A DNA stretch of 64,000 bases, from positions 62,001 through 126,000 of the forward strand of contig CAXHJY010000109.1 of the NCBI GenBank assembly GCA_964016885.1. The letters run 5' to 3'. Shown here one piece after another: positions 27,655-41,283 of the stretch. This stretch comes from Eledone cirrhosa (taxonomy: Eukaryota). The notes beneath the pieces are model-generated. The model was not told the origin of the DNA and did no database searches. It worked only from the letters and a program-made list of their open reading frames with translations. Position 1 is the first letter of the stretch. The number at the start of each line of letters is the position of its first letter. Position numbers and translations under genes: made by a program.

Positions 27655-29050
27655 TCAGCCTGTGTTGGCTGGACATTGATGTATGGGGGAGTTCGTTGCT
27701 GCTTTCCTTAGGTTACCTTCGTACCATGCTGTCGGCTCATCCGGTATCCTGGATAGCAGAGAATCAAGATGTTTCTTGAAAAACATCCCCGACCACAAAT
27801 ACAGATCTTGTAAGTTCCTTGGCAGCTTACTGGAAATTTGGGGGACTTTAAACCCCAGGCTATTGCAATATTTGTGAAAGACATGAACTTTGCTACAACA
27901 CCGTGTTCGAGAGTTGGTCCACCTTTCAATGCCAAAGTGTGTTGCTTGTCCCTCCAAGATTCTCCTTGTGTATGTTATTGCGTACCTTTCCCGCCTTTGT
28001 TCCGAGGAGTAGAGTTTTAATTCTTTTAGCTTCTCCCAATAATTCATCTTCTTCATCGTGGCAATCCTCTTGGTATAGCTTCGCTGGGTTGCTTCAAGCT
28101 CCGTCTTTAGTTTGATACTATGGGGTGACCTCAGCTGGGAGCAGCAGTCTATTTGGCCTAGGACAAATGTCCTCCAACATGGTTTCTCGGTCTCTTCTTA
28201 TGAAAGTCCTCAAGATCCAGCCAGTGAGTCGACTGCCCATTGTCGCCATGTTCATGATGTGTGAATAAAACGATGCATCATCGTTCATGTCTATTCCCAG
28301 GTCTCGTAACAAATTCGACGCGGGGATTTCGATCCCTCCTTGTCCAATGTAGATTTGTTGTATTGTCCCTGTGTTTGCAGGTTACTATCGTAGGGCTTGA
28401 AATTTTCTATCATTAAATTTCATGTTGTTGTCCTCAGCCCAATAGTGTATGGCATCCAGATCTTCGTGTAAAAGGGCAGCATCAGCCGGTTTCTTGATTG
28501 CCTGTGCTAACTCTGTGAGATCAGAATAGCTAGTATGTACTATAGAGGGCCTGTCAGAAAGAGCCACCAAAAACCAGCAGTGGTCTCAAGACACTCCCCT
28601 GGGTTACCGCAATTGTAATTGATGTTTCCTTTGGGAGGGCCCCATTTGCTGCAACTGTCTGGCTTCTGTCTTTTAAGAAGTCATTCAACCACTCACCTAC
28701 TTTTCCAGTTATGCCGAATCTTTGTAGTTTGTGACATATCATTCCGTGGTCGACCTTGTCAAAGACCTTCGCAAAGCCAAAATATATCACGTCCACATGT
28801 GAGCTGTCCAGCAGTTGTTTCAGTACCCACTCACAGTATTGTAAAAACTGTGTAAGGCAGCTTCTTACCTGACGAAAGACAGGCTGGGTGCTAGTTAGGC
28901 GGTCATTTTCCTCGAGGAACGTGATCAGTTTCTTTTTGATGAATCGTTCCATGACTTTACTGATATGTGATGTCAGGGAGACTGGCCTGTAGTTTCTAGC
29001 CTCTGCTCTGCTTCCTCCTTTATGGAGAGGGCATATTATGCCTCCTTAAG
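27655..29050 (-). pseudogene. Degenerate CR1-type LINE ORF2 (reverse transcriptase and C-terminus)
   Basis: NYRPVSLTSH; RSCLTQ; VDVIYFGFAKVFDKVDH; QGSVLRPLL; WAEDNNMKFNDRKF; RDLGI; YWEKLKELKLYSSEQRRER. Several frameshifts. Confidence 0.92.
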
Positions 29051-29174
29051 CTTTCAGAGAGAGAGAGAGGGGGAGGGGATAGAATAAGTTAAAGTTCGTA
29101 GATCTAATATAGTTAGGTCTGAAGGTCTGAAGTGTAGTGTCTGTCCCAAACTGAAAAGCTGATTAGGCGGATGT

Positions 29175-29605
29175 CTATCAACAACAACAGTAATAACAAC
29201 AACAACAACAGCAACATTAACCACAGTAACAACAACAGCAACACGACCAGCTCCAACAACAACACCAGTAACAACAATAACAGCAGCGACAACAGTAACA
29301 ACACCAACAACAACACCAATAACAACAACAACAACAACAGTAACAACAACGTCACCACCAACAGCAACAACAACACCAACTACAACAGTAACACCAACAC
29401 CAACATCAGTAACACCACCAACAACAACAGCAACACCAACAGTAACAACAACAACACCAACTACATCAGTGACACCACCGCCAACATCAGTAACACCACC
29501 AACAACAACACCACCAACAACAACATCAGTAACACCACCACCACCACCAACAACAACAGTAACAACACCACCACCAACAACAACAACAGTAACAACACCA
29601 ACAGT
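29175..29605. repeat. (ACA/CCA)n trinucleotide low-complexity tract
   Basis: Direct inspection. Confidence 0.9.
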
Positions 29606-29914
29606 TACGGCGGTCAAGTCTAACGAATGTAATCAAGGAGATGATCAGAAAATACTAGACTGCGTGGGGGAGGGGGGTCTGTGTGTGTATGTGAGTGTGT
29701 GTGAGAGTGTGTGTGTCTATGTGTGAGAGTGCGTGTGTCTATATGTGTGTCTATGTGTCTGTGTGTGAGAGTGTGCGCATGTGTGTCTGTGTGTACGTTA
29801 TCGATTAGCTTAACAAGCTGGCCTAACAATTTATACAATATGATGATTGCAGTTTACAGGTTGTGATCATATATACTGCTTCTACCACTGTTATATCTAT
29901 ATATCTACCTGCCT

Positions 29915-30405
29915 ATATACACACACATCTGTACATCTATACACACATCTGTACATCTATACACACATCTGTACATCTGTACACACATCTGTACACACAT
30001 CTGTACACACATCTATACACACATCTATACGCACACATCGGTACACACACATGTGTACATCTATACACACATCTGTACACACATCTATACACACACATCT
30101 ATGCACACACATCTATGCACACACATCTATGCACACATCTATGCACACACATCTATGCACACATCTATACACACATCTGTACATCTAGTTACACATCTAT
30201 ACACACATCTGTACATCTATATACACATCTATACACACATCTGTACACGCACATCTGTAGACACATCTGTACACACACATCTATACACACATCTGTACAC
30301 ACACATCTATACATCTATACACACATCTATACATCTATACACACATCTATACATCTATACACACATCTGTACATCTGTACACACATCTATACACACATCT
30401 GTACA
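29915..30405. repeat. ACACATCT(A/G)T-type minisatellite
   Basis: Direct inspection. Confidence 0.9.
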
Positions 30406-30477
30406 GCCCACAATAGCTTCATTAGCACCAATTCCTATATTGGAGATATACAACATTAATTAGTTTTGAAGACCATG

Positions 30478-30989
30478 AGAACGGGACCTCCGTCACTGGC
30501 CACGATCACCGCTATAGGTGTACATGATAAAAGGATAATGGGACCTCCGTCACTGGCCAAGATGACCCCTATAGTTGTACATGATAAAAGGAGAACGGGA
30601 CCTCCGTCACTTGCCAAGATGACCGCTATAGTTGTATATGATAAAAGGATAATGGGACCTCCGTCACTTGCCACGATCACCGCTATAGTTATACATGATA
30701 AAAGGAGAACGGGACACCCGTCACTTGCCACGATGACCGCTATAGTTGTACATGATAAAAGGATAATGGGACCTCCGTCACTTGCCACGATCACCGCTAT
30801 AGTTATACATGATAAAAGGAGAACGGGACACCCGTCACTTGCCACGATGACCGCTATAGTTGTACATGATAAAAGGATAATGGGACCTCCGTCATTGGCC
30901 ACGATGACCGCTATAGGTGTACATGATAAAAGGAGAACGGGACCTCCGTCACTTTCCACGATCACCTCTACAGTTGTACATGATAAAAG
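30478..30989. repeat. 57-bp tandem repeat, 9 copies, alternating variants (114-bp higher-order period)
   Basis: GGGAC at 30483, 30540, 30597 and onward. AAAAGGAGAAC and AAAAGGATAAT units alternate. Confidence 0.95.
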
Positions 30990-31154
30990 AATGATTTAAA
31001 TGATGTATTAACATACAAGTGTCTTGGCTGAATTCACCACAGATACGTGTACCCTGATATAATTCTAAAGTAGATTTAGTGTGACAGAGTGGCTGAGTAT
31101 ATATTACAAGGTGTCGGGCTATTCCGCCCTATGTCAATTTTTTTTTTTTTTTTT

Positions 31155-31262
31155 TTGTCCTGCAGGGTGTCCAAAATCACCCTCCTCACCAAGTAATCTT
31201 GGTGGAGTTGCCGGTTTAGTCGCAGACGACCCGACCATGTGACAGGATGTACTGGGTTACAT
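31155..31262 (-). mobile_element. Fragment of RTE-type 5' UTR repeat
   Basis: gtcctgcagg.tgtccaaa.tcaccctcctcacc is shared with 51447-51481. Confidence 0.5.
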
Positions 31263-31337
31263 GTTACCAGTAACACTCAAGAGTGATCCGACATATACAT
31301 ACATACATGCATACATACATGCACACGTGTACACACA

Positions 31338-31392
<55 letters not shown>

Positions 31393-31419
31393 ACGTGCGT
31401 ATGTATGTATGTATGTGTG

Positions 31420-33770
31420 TTAGGATGGCATAAAAGACAATCTTAAAGTTGTGAAGATTGATATGGAGAACTAGGAGAGACTGGTGGAGAGAAGGAGATT
31501 GATCAAGTATAGATATGATGTCTGAGAAAAAGCAAGTGCAGCATCATGCTTTGAAACGTTCACCCCGTAAGCGGAACCTAAGTGCGGTGCATGCAAAAAT
31601 CCAGCAGAAATTGATGCGCAACTCATGTGGACGGTTTCTTCTAACAAGACCTGAATTTGTCAAAAATATGCACTCAAACGAACCACTTTTGAGTGCGATC
31701 TATAACCAGGCCATCCACGGTACAATGAATGTGGCTTTTGAAACGTTCACCCCGTAAGCGGAACCTAAGTGCAGTGCATGCAAAAATCCAGCAGAAATTG
31801 ATGCGCAACTCATGTGGACGGTTTCTTCTAACAAGACCTGAATTTGTCAAAAATATGCACTCAAACGAACCACTTTTGAGTGCGATCTATAGCCAGGCCC
31901 TCCACGGTACAATGAATGTGGCTTACATTGCTAGTCAGCTGGTGGACTGACCAGACATGTTAACATGAAGACCCACCCCAGCCGTGTTTACCAGGAGACA
32001 GACAGTTCAAGTGTCACATCTCTTAACGTGCCTAAGGCCCTCCACGGTACAATGAATGTGGCTTAGATTGCTAGTCAGCTGACCAGACATGTTAACATGA
32101 AGACCCACCCCAGCCCGGTTTACGAGGCGACAGACAGTTCAAGTGTCACATCTCTTAACGTGCCTAAGGCCCTCCACGGTACAATAAATGTGGCTTACAT
32201 TGCTAGTCAGCTGGTGGACTGACCAGACATGTTAACCTGAAGACCCACCCCAGCCGCGTTTACGAGGAGACAGACAGTTCAAGTGTCACATCTCTTAACG
32301 TGCCTAAGGTCCTCCACGGTACAATAAATGGGGCTTAGATTGCTAGTCAGCTGGTGGACTGACCAGACATGTTAACATGAAGACCCACCCCAGCCGGGTT
32401 TACGAGGAGACAGACAGTTCAAGTGTCACATCTCTTAACGTGCCTAAGGTCCTCCACGGTACAATAAATGGGGCTTAGATTGCTAGTCAGCTGGTGGACT
32501 GACCAGACATGTTAACCTGAAGACCCACCCCAGCCGGGTTTACGAGGAGACAGACAGTTCAAGTGTCACATCTCTTAACGTGCCTAAGGTCCTCCACGGT
32601 ACAATGAATGTGGCTTAGATTGCTAGTCAGCTGGTGGACTGACCAGACATGTTAACATGAAGACCCCACCCCAGCCGGGTTTACGAGGAGACAGACAGTT
32701 CAAGTGTCACATCTCTTAACGTGCCTAAGGTCCTCCACGGTACAATGAATGTGGCTTAGATTGCTAGTCAGCTGGTGGACTGACCAGACATGTTAACATG
32801 AAGACCCACCCCAGCCGGGTTTACGAGGAGACAGACAGTTCAAGTGTCACATCTCTTAACGTGCCTAAGGTCCTCCACAGTACAATGAAGGTGGCTTAGA
32901 TTGCTAGTCAGCTGACCAGACATGTTAACATGAAGACCCACCCCAGCCGGGTTTACGAGGAGACAGACAGTTCAAGTGTCACATCTCTTAACGTGCCTAA
33001 GGTCCCCCACGGTACAATAAATGGGGCTTAGATTGCTAGTCAGCTGACCAGACATGTTAACATGAAGACCCACCCCAGCCGTGTTTACGAGGAGACAGAC
33101 AGTTCAAGTGTCACATCTCTTAACGTGCCTAAGGTCCTCCACGGTACAATAAATGGGGCTTAGATTGCTAGTCAGCTGGTGGACTGACCAGACATGTTAA
33201 CATGAAGACCCACCCCAGCCGTGTTTACGAGGAGACAGACAGTTCAAGTGTCACATCTCTTAACGTGCCTAAGGTCCTCCACGATACAATAAATGGGGCT
33301 TAGATTGCTAGTCAGCTGGTGGACTGACCAGACATGTTAACATGAAGACCCACCCCAGCCGTGTTTACGAGGAGACAGACAGTTCAAGTGTCACATCTCT
33401 TAACGTGCCTAAGGTCCTCCACGGTACAATAAATGGGGCTTAGATTGCTAGTCAGCTGGTGGACTGACCAGACATGTTAACATGAAGACCCACCCCAGCC
33501 GGGTTTACGAGGAGACAGACAGTTCAAGTGTCACATCTCTTAACGTGCCTAAGGTCCTCCACGGTACAATGAATGTGGCTTAGATTGCTAGTCCGCTGGT
33601 GGACTGACCAGACATGTTAACATGAAGACCCACCCCAGCCGGGTTTACGAGGAGACAGACAGTTCAAGTGTCACATCTCTTAACGTGCCTACAGAACAAA
33701 AGAAAATCCGAAAAGTCACCAGCGTTCATGATCCAATGAAGGGATGGCATTCTTCTGACAAGTAGTAATA
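31420..33770 (+). pseudogene. Degenerate RTE-type LINE 3' end with C2H2 fingers, expanded by internal tandem duplications
   Basis: DGIKDNLKVVKIDMEN*ERL...KRSPRK...LMRNSCGRFLL..KNMHSN; NECGLHC*SAGGLTRHVNMKTH; FKCHIS*RAYRTKENPKSHQRS. A 187-bp duplication lies at 31548-31922. Confidence 0.7.
31895..33691. repeat. 140-bp tandem repeat, 13 copies (three 132-bp units, one 141-bp unit)
   Basis: GACAGTTCAAG at 32001, 32133, 32273, 32413 ... 33658. The short units lack 8 nt (GTGGACTG). Confidence 0.95.
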
Positions 33771-33779
33771 AACATATGC

Positions 33780-34785
33780 GTGTGTGTGTGTGGTGTGGTG
33801 TGGTGTGGTGTGGTGTGGTGTGGTGGTGGTGTGGTGTGGTGGTGGTGTGGTGTGGTGTGGTGGTGTGGTGGTGGTGTGGTGTGGTGGTGTGGTGTGGTGT
33901 GGTGTGGTGGTGTGGTGTGGTGTGGTGTGGTGGTGTGGTGGTGTGGTGTGGTCTGGTGTGGTGTGGTGTGGTGTGGTGGTGTGGTGTGGTGTGGTGTGGT
34001 GTGGTGTGGTGTGGTGTGGTGTGGTGTGGTGGTGTGGTGGTGTGGTGGTGGTGTGGTGGTGGTGTGGTGTGGTGGTGTGGTGTGGTGTGGTGTGGTGTGG
34101 TGTGGTGTGGTGTGGTGTGGTGTGGTGTGGTGGTGTGGTGGTGTGGTGTGGTGTGGTGTGGTGTGGTCTGGTGGTGTGGTGTGGTGTGGTGGTGTGGTGT
34201 GGTGGTGTGGTGTGGTGTGGTGTGGTGTGGTGGTGTGGTGTGGTGTGGTGTGGTGGTGTGGTGGTGTGGTGTGGTGGTGTGGTGTGGTGTGGTGGTGTGG
34301 TGTGGTGTGGTGGTGTGGTGTGGTGTGGTATGGTGTGGTGGTGTGGTGGTGTGGTGTGGTGTGGTGTGGTGTGGTGGTGTGGTGTGGTGTGGTGTGGTGG
34401 TGTGGTGGTGTGGTGTGGTGTGGTCTGGTGTGGTGTGGTGTGGTGTGGTGTGGTGTGGTGTGGTGTGGTGTGGTGTGGTGTGGTGTGGTGTAGTGTGGTG
34501 TGGTGTGGTGGTGTGGTGTGGTGGTGTGGTGTGGTGTGGTCTGGTGTGGTGTGGTGTGGTGGTGTGGTGTGGTGTGGTGTGGTGTGGTGTGGTGTGTTGT
34601 ATTATGTGTGTATGTGTGTATGTGTGTATATATATATGTATGTATGTAAGCATGCGTGTGTGTAGATGTATATATGTATGTAGGCATGTGTGTGTGTGTG
34701 TATGTATATATGTATGTAGGCATGTGTGTGTGTGTATATATGTATGTAAGCATGTGTGTGTAGATGTATATATGTATGTAGGCAC

Positions 34786-34816
<31 letters not shown>

Positions 34817-36515
34817 TGTAAGCATGTGTGTGTGTAGATGTATATATGTAAGTAAGCATGTGTGTGGATGTATATATGTATGTAAGTATGTAAGCATGTG
34901 TGTGTATGTATATATGTATGTAAGCATGTGTGTGTGTAGATGTATATATGTATGTAGGCATGTGTGTGTGTGTGTATGTATATATGTATGTAAGCATGTG
35001 TGTGTGTAGATGTATATATGTAAGTAAGCATGTGTGTGGATGTATATATGTATGTAAGTATGTAAGCATGTGTGTGTATGTATATATGTATGTAAGCATG
35101 TGTGTGTGTAGATGTATATATGTATGTAGGCATGTGTGTGTGTGTGTATGTATATATGTATGTAAGCATGCGTGTGTGTAGATGTATATATGTATGTAGG
35201 CATGTGTGTGTGTATATGTATATATGTATGTAAGCATGTGCGTGTATATGTATATATGTATGTAAGCATGTGTGTGTGTAGATGTATATATGTATGTAGG
35301 CATGTGTGTCTGTAGATGTATATATGTATGTAGGCATGTGTGTGTGTGTATATATGTATGTAAGCATGTGTGTGTGTAGATGTATATATGTAAGTAAGCA
35401 TGTGTGTGGATGTATATATGTATGTAAGCATGTGTGTGTGTAGATGTATATATATATGTAGGCATGTGTATGGATGTATATATATGTATGTAAGCATGTG
35501 TGTATATGTATATATGTATATATGTATGTAAGCATGTGTGTGGATGTATATATGTATGTAAGCATGTGTATGGATGTATATATGCATGTAAGCATGTGTG
35601 TGTGTAGATGTATATATGTATGTAGGCATGTGTATGGATGTATATATATGTATGTAAGCATGTGTGTATATGTATATATGTATGTAAGTATGTGTGTGGA
35701 TGTATATATGTATGTAAGCATGTGTGTGGATGTATATATGTATGTAAGTATGTGTGTGTGTATATGTATATATGTATGTAAGCATGTGTGTGGATGTATA
35801 TATGTATGTAAGCATGTGTGTGGATGTATATATGTATGTAAGCATGTGTGTGTGTAGATGTATATATGTATGTAGGCATGTGTATGGATGTATATATATG
35901 TATGTAAGCATGTGTGTATATGTATATATGTATATATGTATGTAAGCATGTGTGTGGATGTATATATGTATGTAAGCATGTGCATGGATGTATATATGCA
36001 TGTAAGCATGTGTGTGTGTAGATGTATATATGTATGTAGGCATGTGTATGGATGTATATATATGTATGTAAGCATGTGTGTATATGTATATATGTATGTA
36101 AGTATGTGTGTATATGTATATATGTATGTAAGCATGTGTGTGTGGATGTATATATGTATGTAAACATGTGTGTATATGTATATATGTATGTAAGTATGTG
36201 TGTATATGTATATATGTATGTAAGCATGTGTGTGGATGTATATATGTATGTAAGCATGTGTGTGTGTGGATGTATATATGTATGTAAACATGTGTGTATA
36301 TGTATATATGTATGTAAGTATGTGTGTATATGTATATATGTATGTAAGTATGTGTGTGGATGTATATATGTATGTAGGCATGTGTGTGTGTATATGTATA
36401 TATGTATGTAAGTATGTGTGTGTCAGTCTGTGTGTATATGTATATATGTATGTAAGCATGTGTGTGGATGAATATATGTATGTAAGTATGTGTGTGTCAG
36501 TCTGTGTGTATATAT
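33780..36515. repeat. (GTGGT)n tract followed by a ~26-30-bp GTATATATGTATGTAAGCATGTGTG minisatellite
   Basis: Direct inspection. Confidence 0.92.
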
Positions 36516-36564
36516 GTCGGCTGAACACTCAAAAAGAATGTCTTGTAATATTGAATGAAATAAG

Positions 36565-36640
36565 ATAGCTAAGAAATCAACTCCCAAAACCCAGTCTTCG
36601 GGCAGGATGTTTCAGCAAATGAAGGCTTCATCAGAGCTAT
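36565..36640 (-). ncRNA. Hammerhead-like motif with extended stem III (imperfect)
   Basis: AUAGCU-CUGAUGA-AGC(8 nt)GCU-GAAA-[CCCGAAGAC/GUUUUGGG hairpin]-UU-AGCUAU. The base of stem III is mismatched. Confidence 0.4.
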
Positions 36641-38034
36641 TTGTTACATGTTTCTTTTCTTTTTTCATTGACTTTTCATTTGCTCCTTCCTTCTTTCCTT
36701 CCTTTCCTTCCTTCCCCTTTCTTTCCTCCTCTCTTTCTTTCTTCCTCTATTTCCTTCCTTCATTCTTCCTCTCTTTCTTCCTCTCTTTCCTTCCTTCTTT
36801 CTTTCTTTCTTCCTCTCTTTCCTTCCTTCTTTCTTTCTATCTTCCTCTCTTTCTTTCCTTCCTTCCTTCTCTCCTTTCTTTCCTTCTTTCTTTCTTCCTC
36901 TCTTTCTTTCCTTCCTCCCTTCTTTCTTCATCTTTCCTTCTTTCTTTCTTCCTCTCTTTCTTTCCTTCCTTCTCTCCTTTCTTTCTTTCCTTCCCTCCTC
37001 TCTTTCCTTCCTTCCTTCTCTCCTTTCTTCCTCTCTGTCCTTCTCTCCTCCATACATTTCCCCCCTAAGCAGGAGAAGCTGCCTATATACGACATGAATA
37101 GTCGGAAACATCTAACAACATAACAACGGAAACAGCCAACAACAACAACAACAACAACATAAATGGAACAGCGGCAGCATCATTAGCAGATGCAGCAGCA
37201 CTAACGACAACAACAACACCATTACCAGTAACGCAGCAGCACTAACAACAACAACAACAACACTATTACCAGTAACAGCAGCACTAACAACAACAACAAC
37301 ACCATTACCAGTAACAGCAGCACTAACGACAACAACAACATAAATGGAACAACAACAGCACCATTAACAGATGCAGCAGCACTAACAACAACACCATTAC
37401 CAGTAACAGCAGCACTAACGACAACAACATAAATAGGAACAACAACAGCACCATTAACAGATGCAGCAGCACTAACAACAACAACAACAACAACAACAGC
37501 ATCATTAGCAGATGCAGCAGCACTAACAACAACAACAACAACAACAACAGCACCATTAGCAGTAACGACCACAACAACAACAACAACAACACAAATACTA
37601 GAGCAGCAGCAGTACTAACAACAACACCAACAGCAGCACCATTAGCATCTGCAGCAGTACCAACAACAACAGCAGCACCATTAGCATCATCAGCAGCAGC
37701 AGTACTAAAAACAACAGCAGCACCATTAACAACTGCAGCAGTACTAACAACAACAGCAGCACCACCATTAACAGCAGCGACAGCAGCAGTAGTGACACCA
37801 GCACCAACAGCAGCAGTAATGGCGGCCGAGGAGGGGGAGGCAATGGGGCGGAAGAGCATCAAATAAAATGTGTGAATTAGATTGAATGAAATAAATCTAA
37901 ACATGTTAAAATGGAGGAGAAACAGAGAAATAATAAAAATATGGCGGAATGGAAGAATTGACAGCCAGGTAGAGGGGGGGGGGGTAGGTTTAAATACCTA
38001 CCTACCTCCCTGTGGGGGGGTGTATGGTTGTGTG

Positions 38035-38595
38035 GGTGTAGGGTTGTCTGAGTGTAAGCTTGTGTGTGTGTAGGGTTGTGTGAGTGGAATGTTGTGTGAG
38101 TGTAAGGTTGTGTGTGTGTAGGGTTGTGTGAGTGGAATGTTGTGTGTGTGTAAGGCTGTGTGAGTGTAGGGTTGTGTGTGTAGGGTTGTGTGTGTAGGGT
38201 TGTGTGAGTGTAAGGTTGTGTGTGTGTAGGGTTGTGTGAGTGTAGGGTTGTGTGAGTGTAAGGCTGTGTGAGTGTAGGGTTGTGTGAGTGTAAGGCTGTG
38301 TGAGTGTAGGGTTGTGTGAGTGTAGGGTTGTGTGTGTGTAGGGTTGTGTGAGTGTAAGGTTGTGTGAGTGTAAGGTTGTGTGAGTGTAGGGTTGTGTGTG
38401 TGTAGGGTTGTGTGAGTGTAGGGTTGTGTGTGTGTGTAAGGCTGTGTGTGTGTAAGGCTGTGTGTGTGTAAGGCTGTGTGAGTGTAGGGTTGTGTGAGTG
38501 TAGGGTTGTGTGAGTGTAGGGTTGTGTGAGTGTAGGGCTATGTGAGTGTAGGGCTGTGTGAGTGTAGGGCTGCGTGAGTGTAGGGCTGTGTGTGT
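38035..38595. repeat. ~16-bp minisatellite GTGTAGGGTTGTGTGA
   Basis: Direct inspection. Confidence 0.9.
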
Positions 38596-38796
38596 GTGAG
38601 AGTGTGGTTATGTGAATGTGTGTACGTTATGTGAATGTGTGTGTGTGTATGTGTGTGGTTATGTGAGTATGTGGGATGGGGTTAGTGTGTATGGGTGTCG
38701 ACATTCTTGAGTGTATATTGATGTACAATTTCGGGTTCACTCCGTTACTGTAATATTTATATACTATATACACACACAAACATATATATATACACA

Positions 38797-38833
<37 letters not shown>

Positions 38834-39077
38834 CATGCATCTATATTGGTATATCTAGAAGTATATATGTAAGTTTATATATATATTCATTCACACCCAT
38901 TTATATACACGTGTGTGTGTATGTGTTATATATATATATATACGTATATATATATATATATATATATATAACACATACACACATACGTATATATATATAT
39001 ATTATACATATATTTTATTTATAAATATATGAGTATGTTTATGTACAGACATATATGTAAACATATTAGTGTAGGTG

Positions 39078-39115
<38 letters not shown>

Positions 39116-39247
39116 TCTGTGTACGTGTATATTTGTGTGTATGTATGTGTGTATATATGTGTGTGTGTTTGTGTATGTGTTTGTGTGTAATTCTGTGTAC
39201 GTGTATATTTGTGTGTGTGTGTATGTATGTGTTATATATATGTGTGT

Positions 39248-39281
<34 letters not shown>

Positions 39282-39832
39282 CTAATTCTGCGTACGTGTA
39301 TATTTGTGTGTGTATGTATGTGTGTATATATGTGTGTGTGTTTGTGTATGTGTTTGTGTGTAATTCTGTGTACGTGTATATTTCTGTGTGTATGTATGTG
39401 TTATATATATGTGTGTGTATGTGTTTGTGTATGTGTGTGTGTGTGTGTGTGTGTCTAATTCTGCGTACGTGTATATTTGTGTGTGTATGTATGTGTGTAT
39501 ATATGTGTGTGCGTTTGTGTATGTGTTTGTGTGTAATTCTGTGTACGTGTATATTTGTGTGTGTGTATGTATGTGTTATATATATGTGTGTGTGTGTATG
39601 TGTTTGTGTATATGTCTATGTGTGTATATATATGTGTGTGTGTTTCTCGTAATGGCCAGCGTTCCTCCAACATAACGAAATGATTTTAAAAAGCTTTTAA
39701 GCGCTAAAATCTGAGCCACACTTGTGATAATGTAGTGGAAAGCAACTAGCAATTTAGAGACGCCATTCTTGTAAAACGGTTCACCCCTCTTTCAATATCT
39801 TCATCTATCACCATCACTCAATCACTGCCGTT

Positions 39833-39896
<64 letters not shown>

Positions 39897-40021
39897 TACA
39901 CACACATATATATATATATATATACATACACATATATATATAAACACACACACATATATATATAAACACACACACATATATATATATATACACACACCCA
40001 CATATATATATATATATATAA

Positions 40022-40054
<33 letters not shown>

Positions 40055-40055
40055 A

Positions 40056-40090
<35 letters not shown>

Positions 40091-40101
40091 CATATATATA
40101 A

Positions 40102-40152
<51 letters not shown>

Positions 40153-40225
40153 TATATATATATAAACACACACACATATATATATATACACACACACACA
40201 TATATATATATATAAACACACACAC

Positions 40226-40274
<49 letters not shown>

Positions 40275-40539
40275 AACACACACACACATATATATATATA
40301 TATAAACACACACACATATATGTGTGTGTGTGTGTTTCATTTACTATTGCTCTTTCCTTCTCTAACCTGTCCCTAACTGTATTTGTTTATGAATATATAT
40401 ACACACATATATATACATACTTATATATACACATATATATATATACATATATACATACATATATATATACATACATATATATACATATGCACCTATATAT
40501 GCTTATGTACCTATATACACTTATATACCTATATATATG

Positions 40540-40604
<65 letters not shown>

Positions 40605-40726
40605 TACACACATACACACACTCACACACAGTGTGTGTGTATTATTCTATATTCCTATTCCGGAAAATACAGAAAAGAGAAATTATTTGTCAGGATTGGA
40701 AAAGTAGAAAAAAGAAACATTAACGA

Positions 40727-40765
<39 letters not shown>

Positions 40766-40887
40766 CAACAATAACAACAACAATGACAACAACAATATAT
40801 TATCTAGCTATATTTCTTGTTTCTCTCAATAAAAGCCTATGCATTATCGTTATGCATATTTATACATGTGATATCCATTATACACTG

Positions 40888-40943
<56 letters not shown>

Positions 40944-40957
40944 TATACATGCATATA

Positions 40958-40989
<32 letters not shown>

Positions 40990-41234
40990 CTTTATACATG
41001 CAGGTATATATATATATATATATATATATACAAGCATGGTATATTTATATGTGTATATGTGTGTATGTGTGTGTGTATGTATGTGTGTATGTATGTGTGT
41101 ATGTGAGGGAGAGAGAGAGGTTGAGCTACTGAGTACATTTCTACTTAAGTGTGTTCATATGAGAATATATAAGGTATAACACAACCTTATGAATATTCAG
41201 GGCAATTTATGTGGAAGTGTGAGGGCAATGCACA

Positions 41235-41283
<49 letters not shown>

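Noticed and set aside
31155-31262. HDV-like ribozyme at the RTE-like 5' end
   Set aside because: Only a simple hairpin could be drawn. The nested double pseudoknot was not identifiable by eye.
38035-38595. Interstitial telomeric repeat
   Set aside because: TAGGGT occurs once per 16-bp unit, not as tandem TTAGGG.
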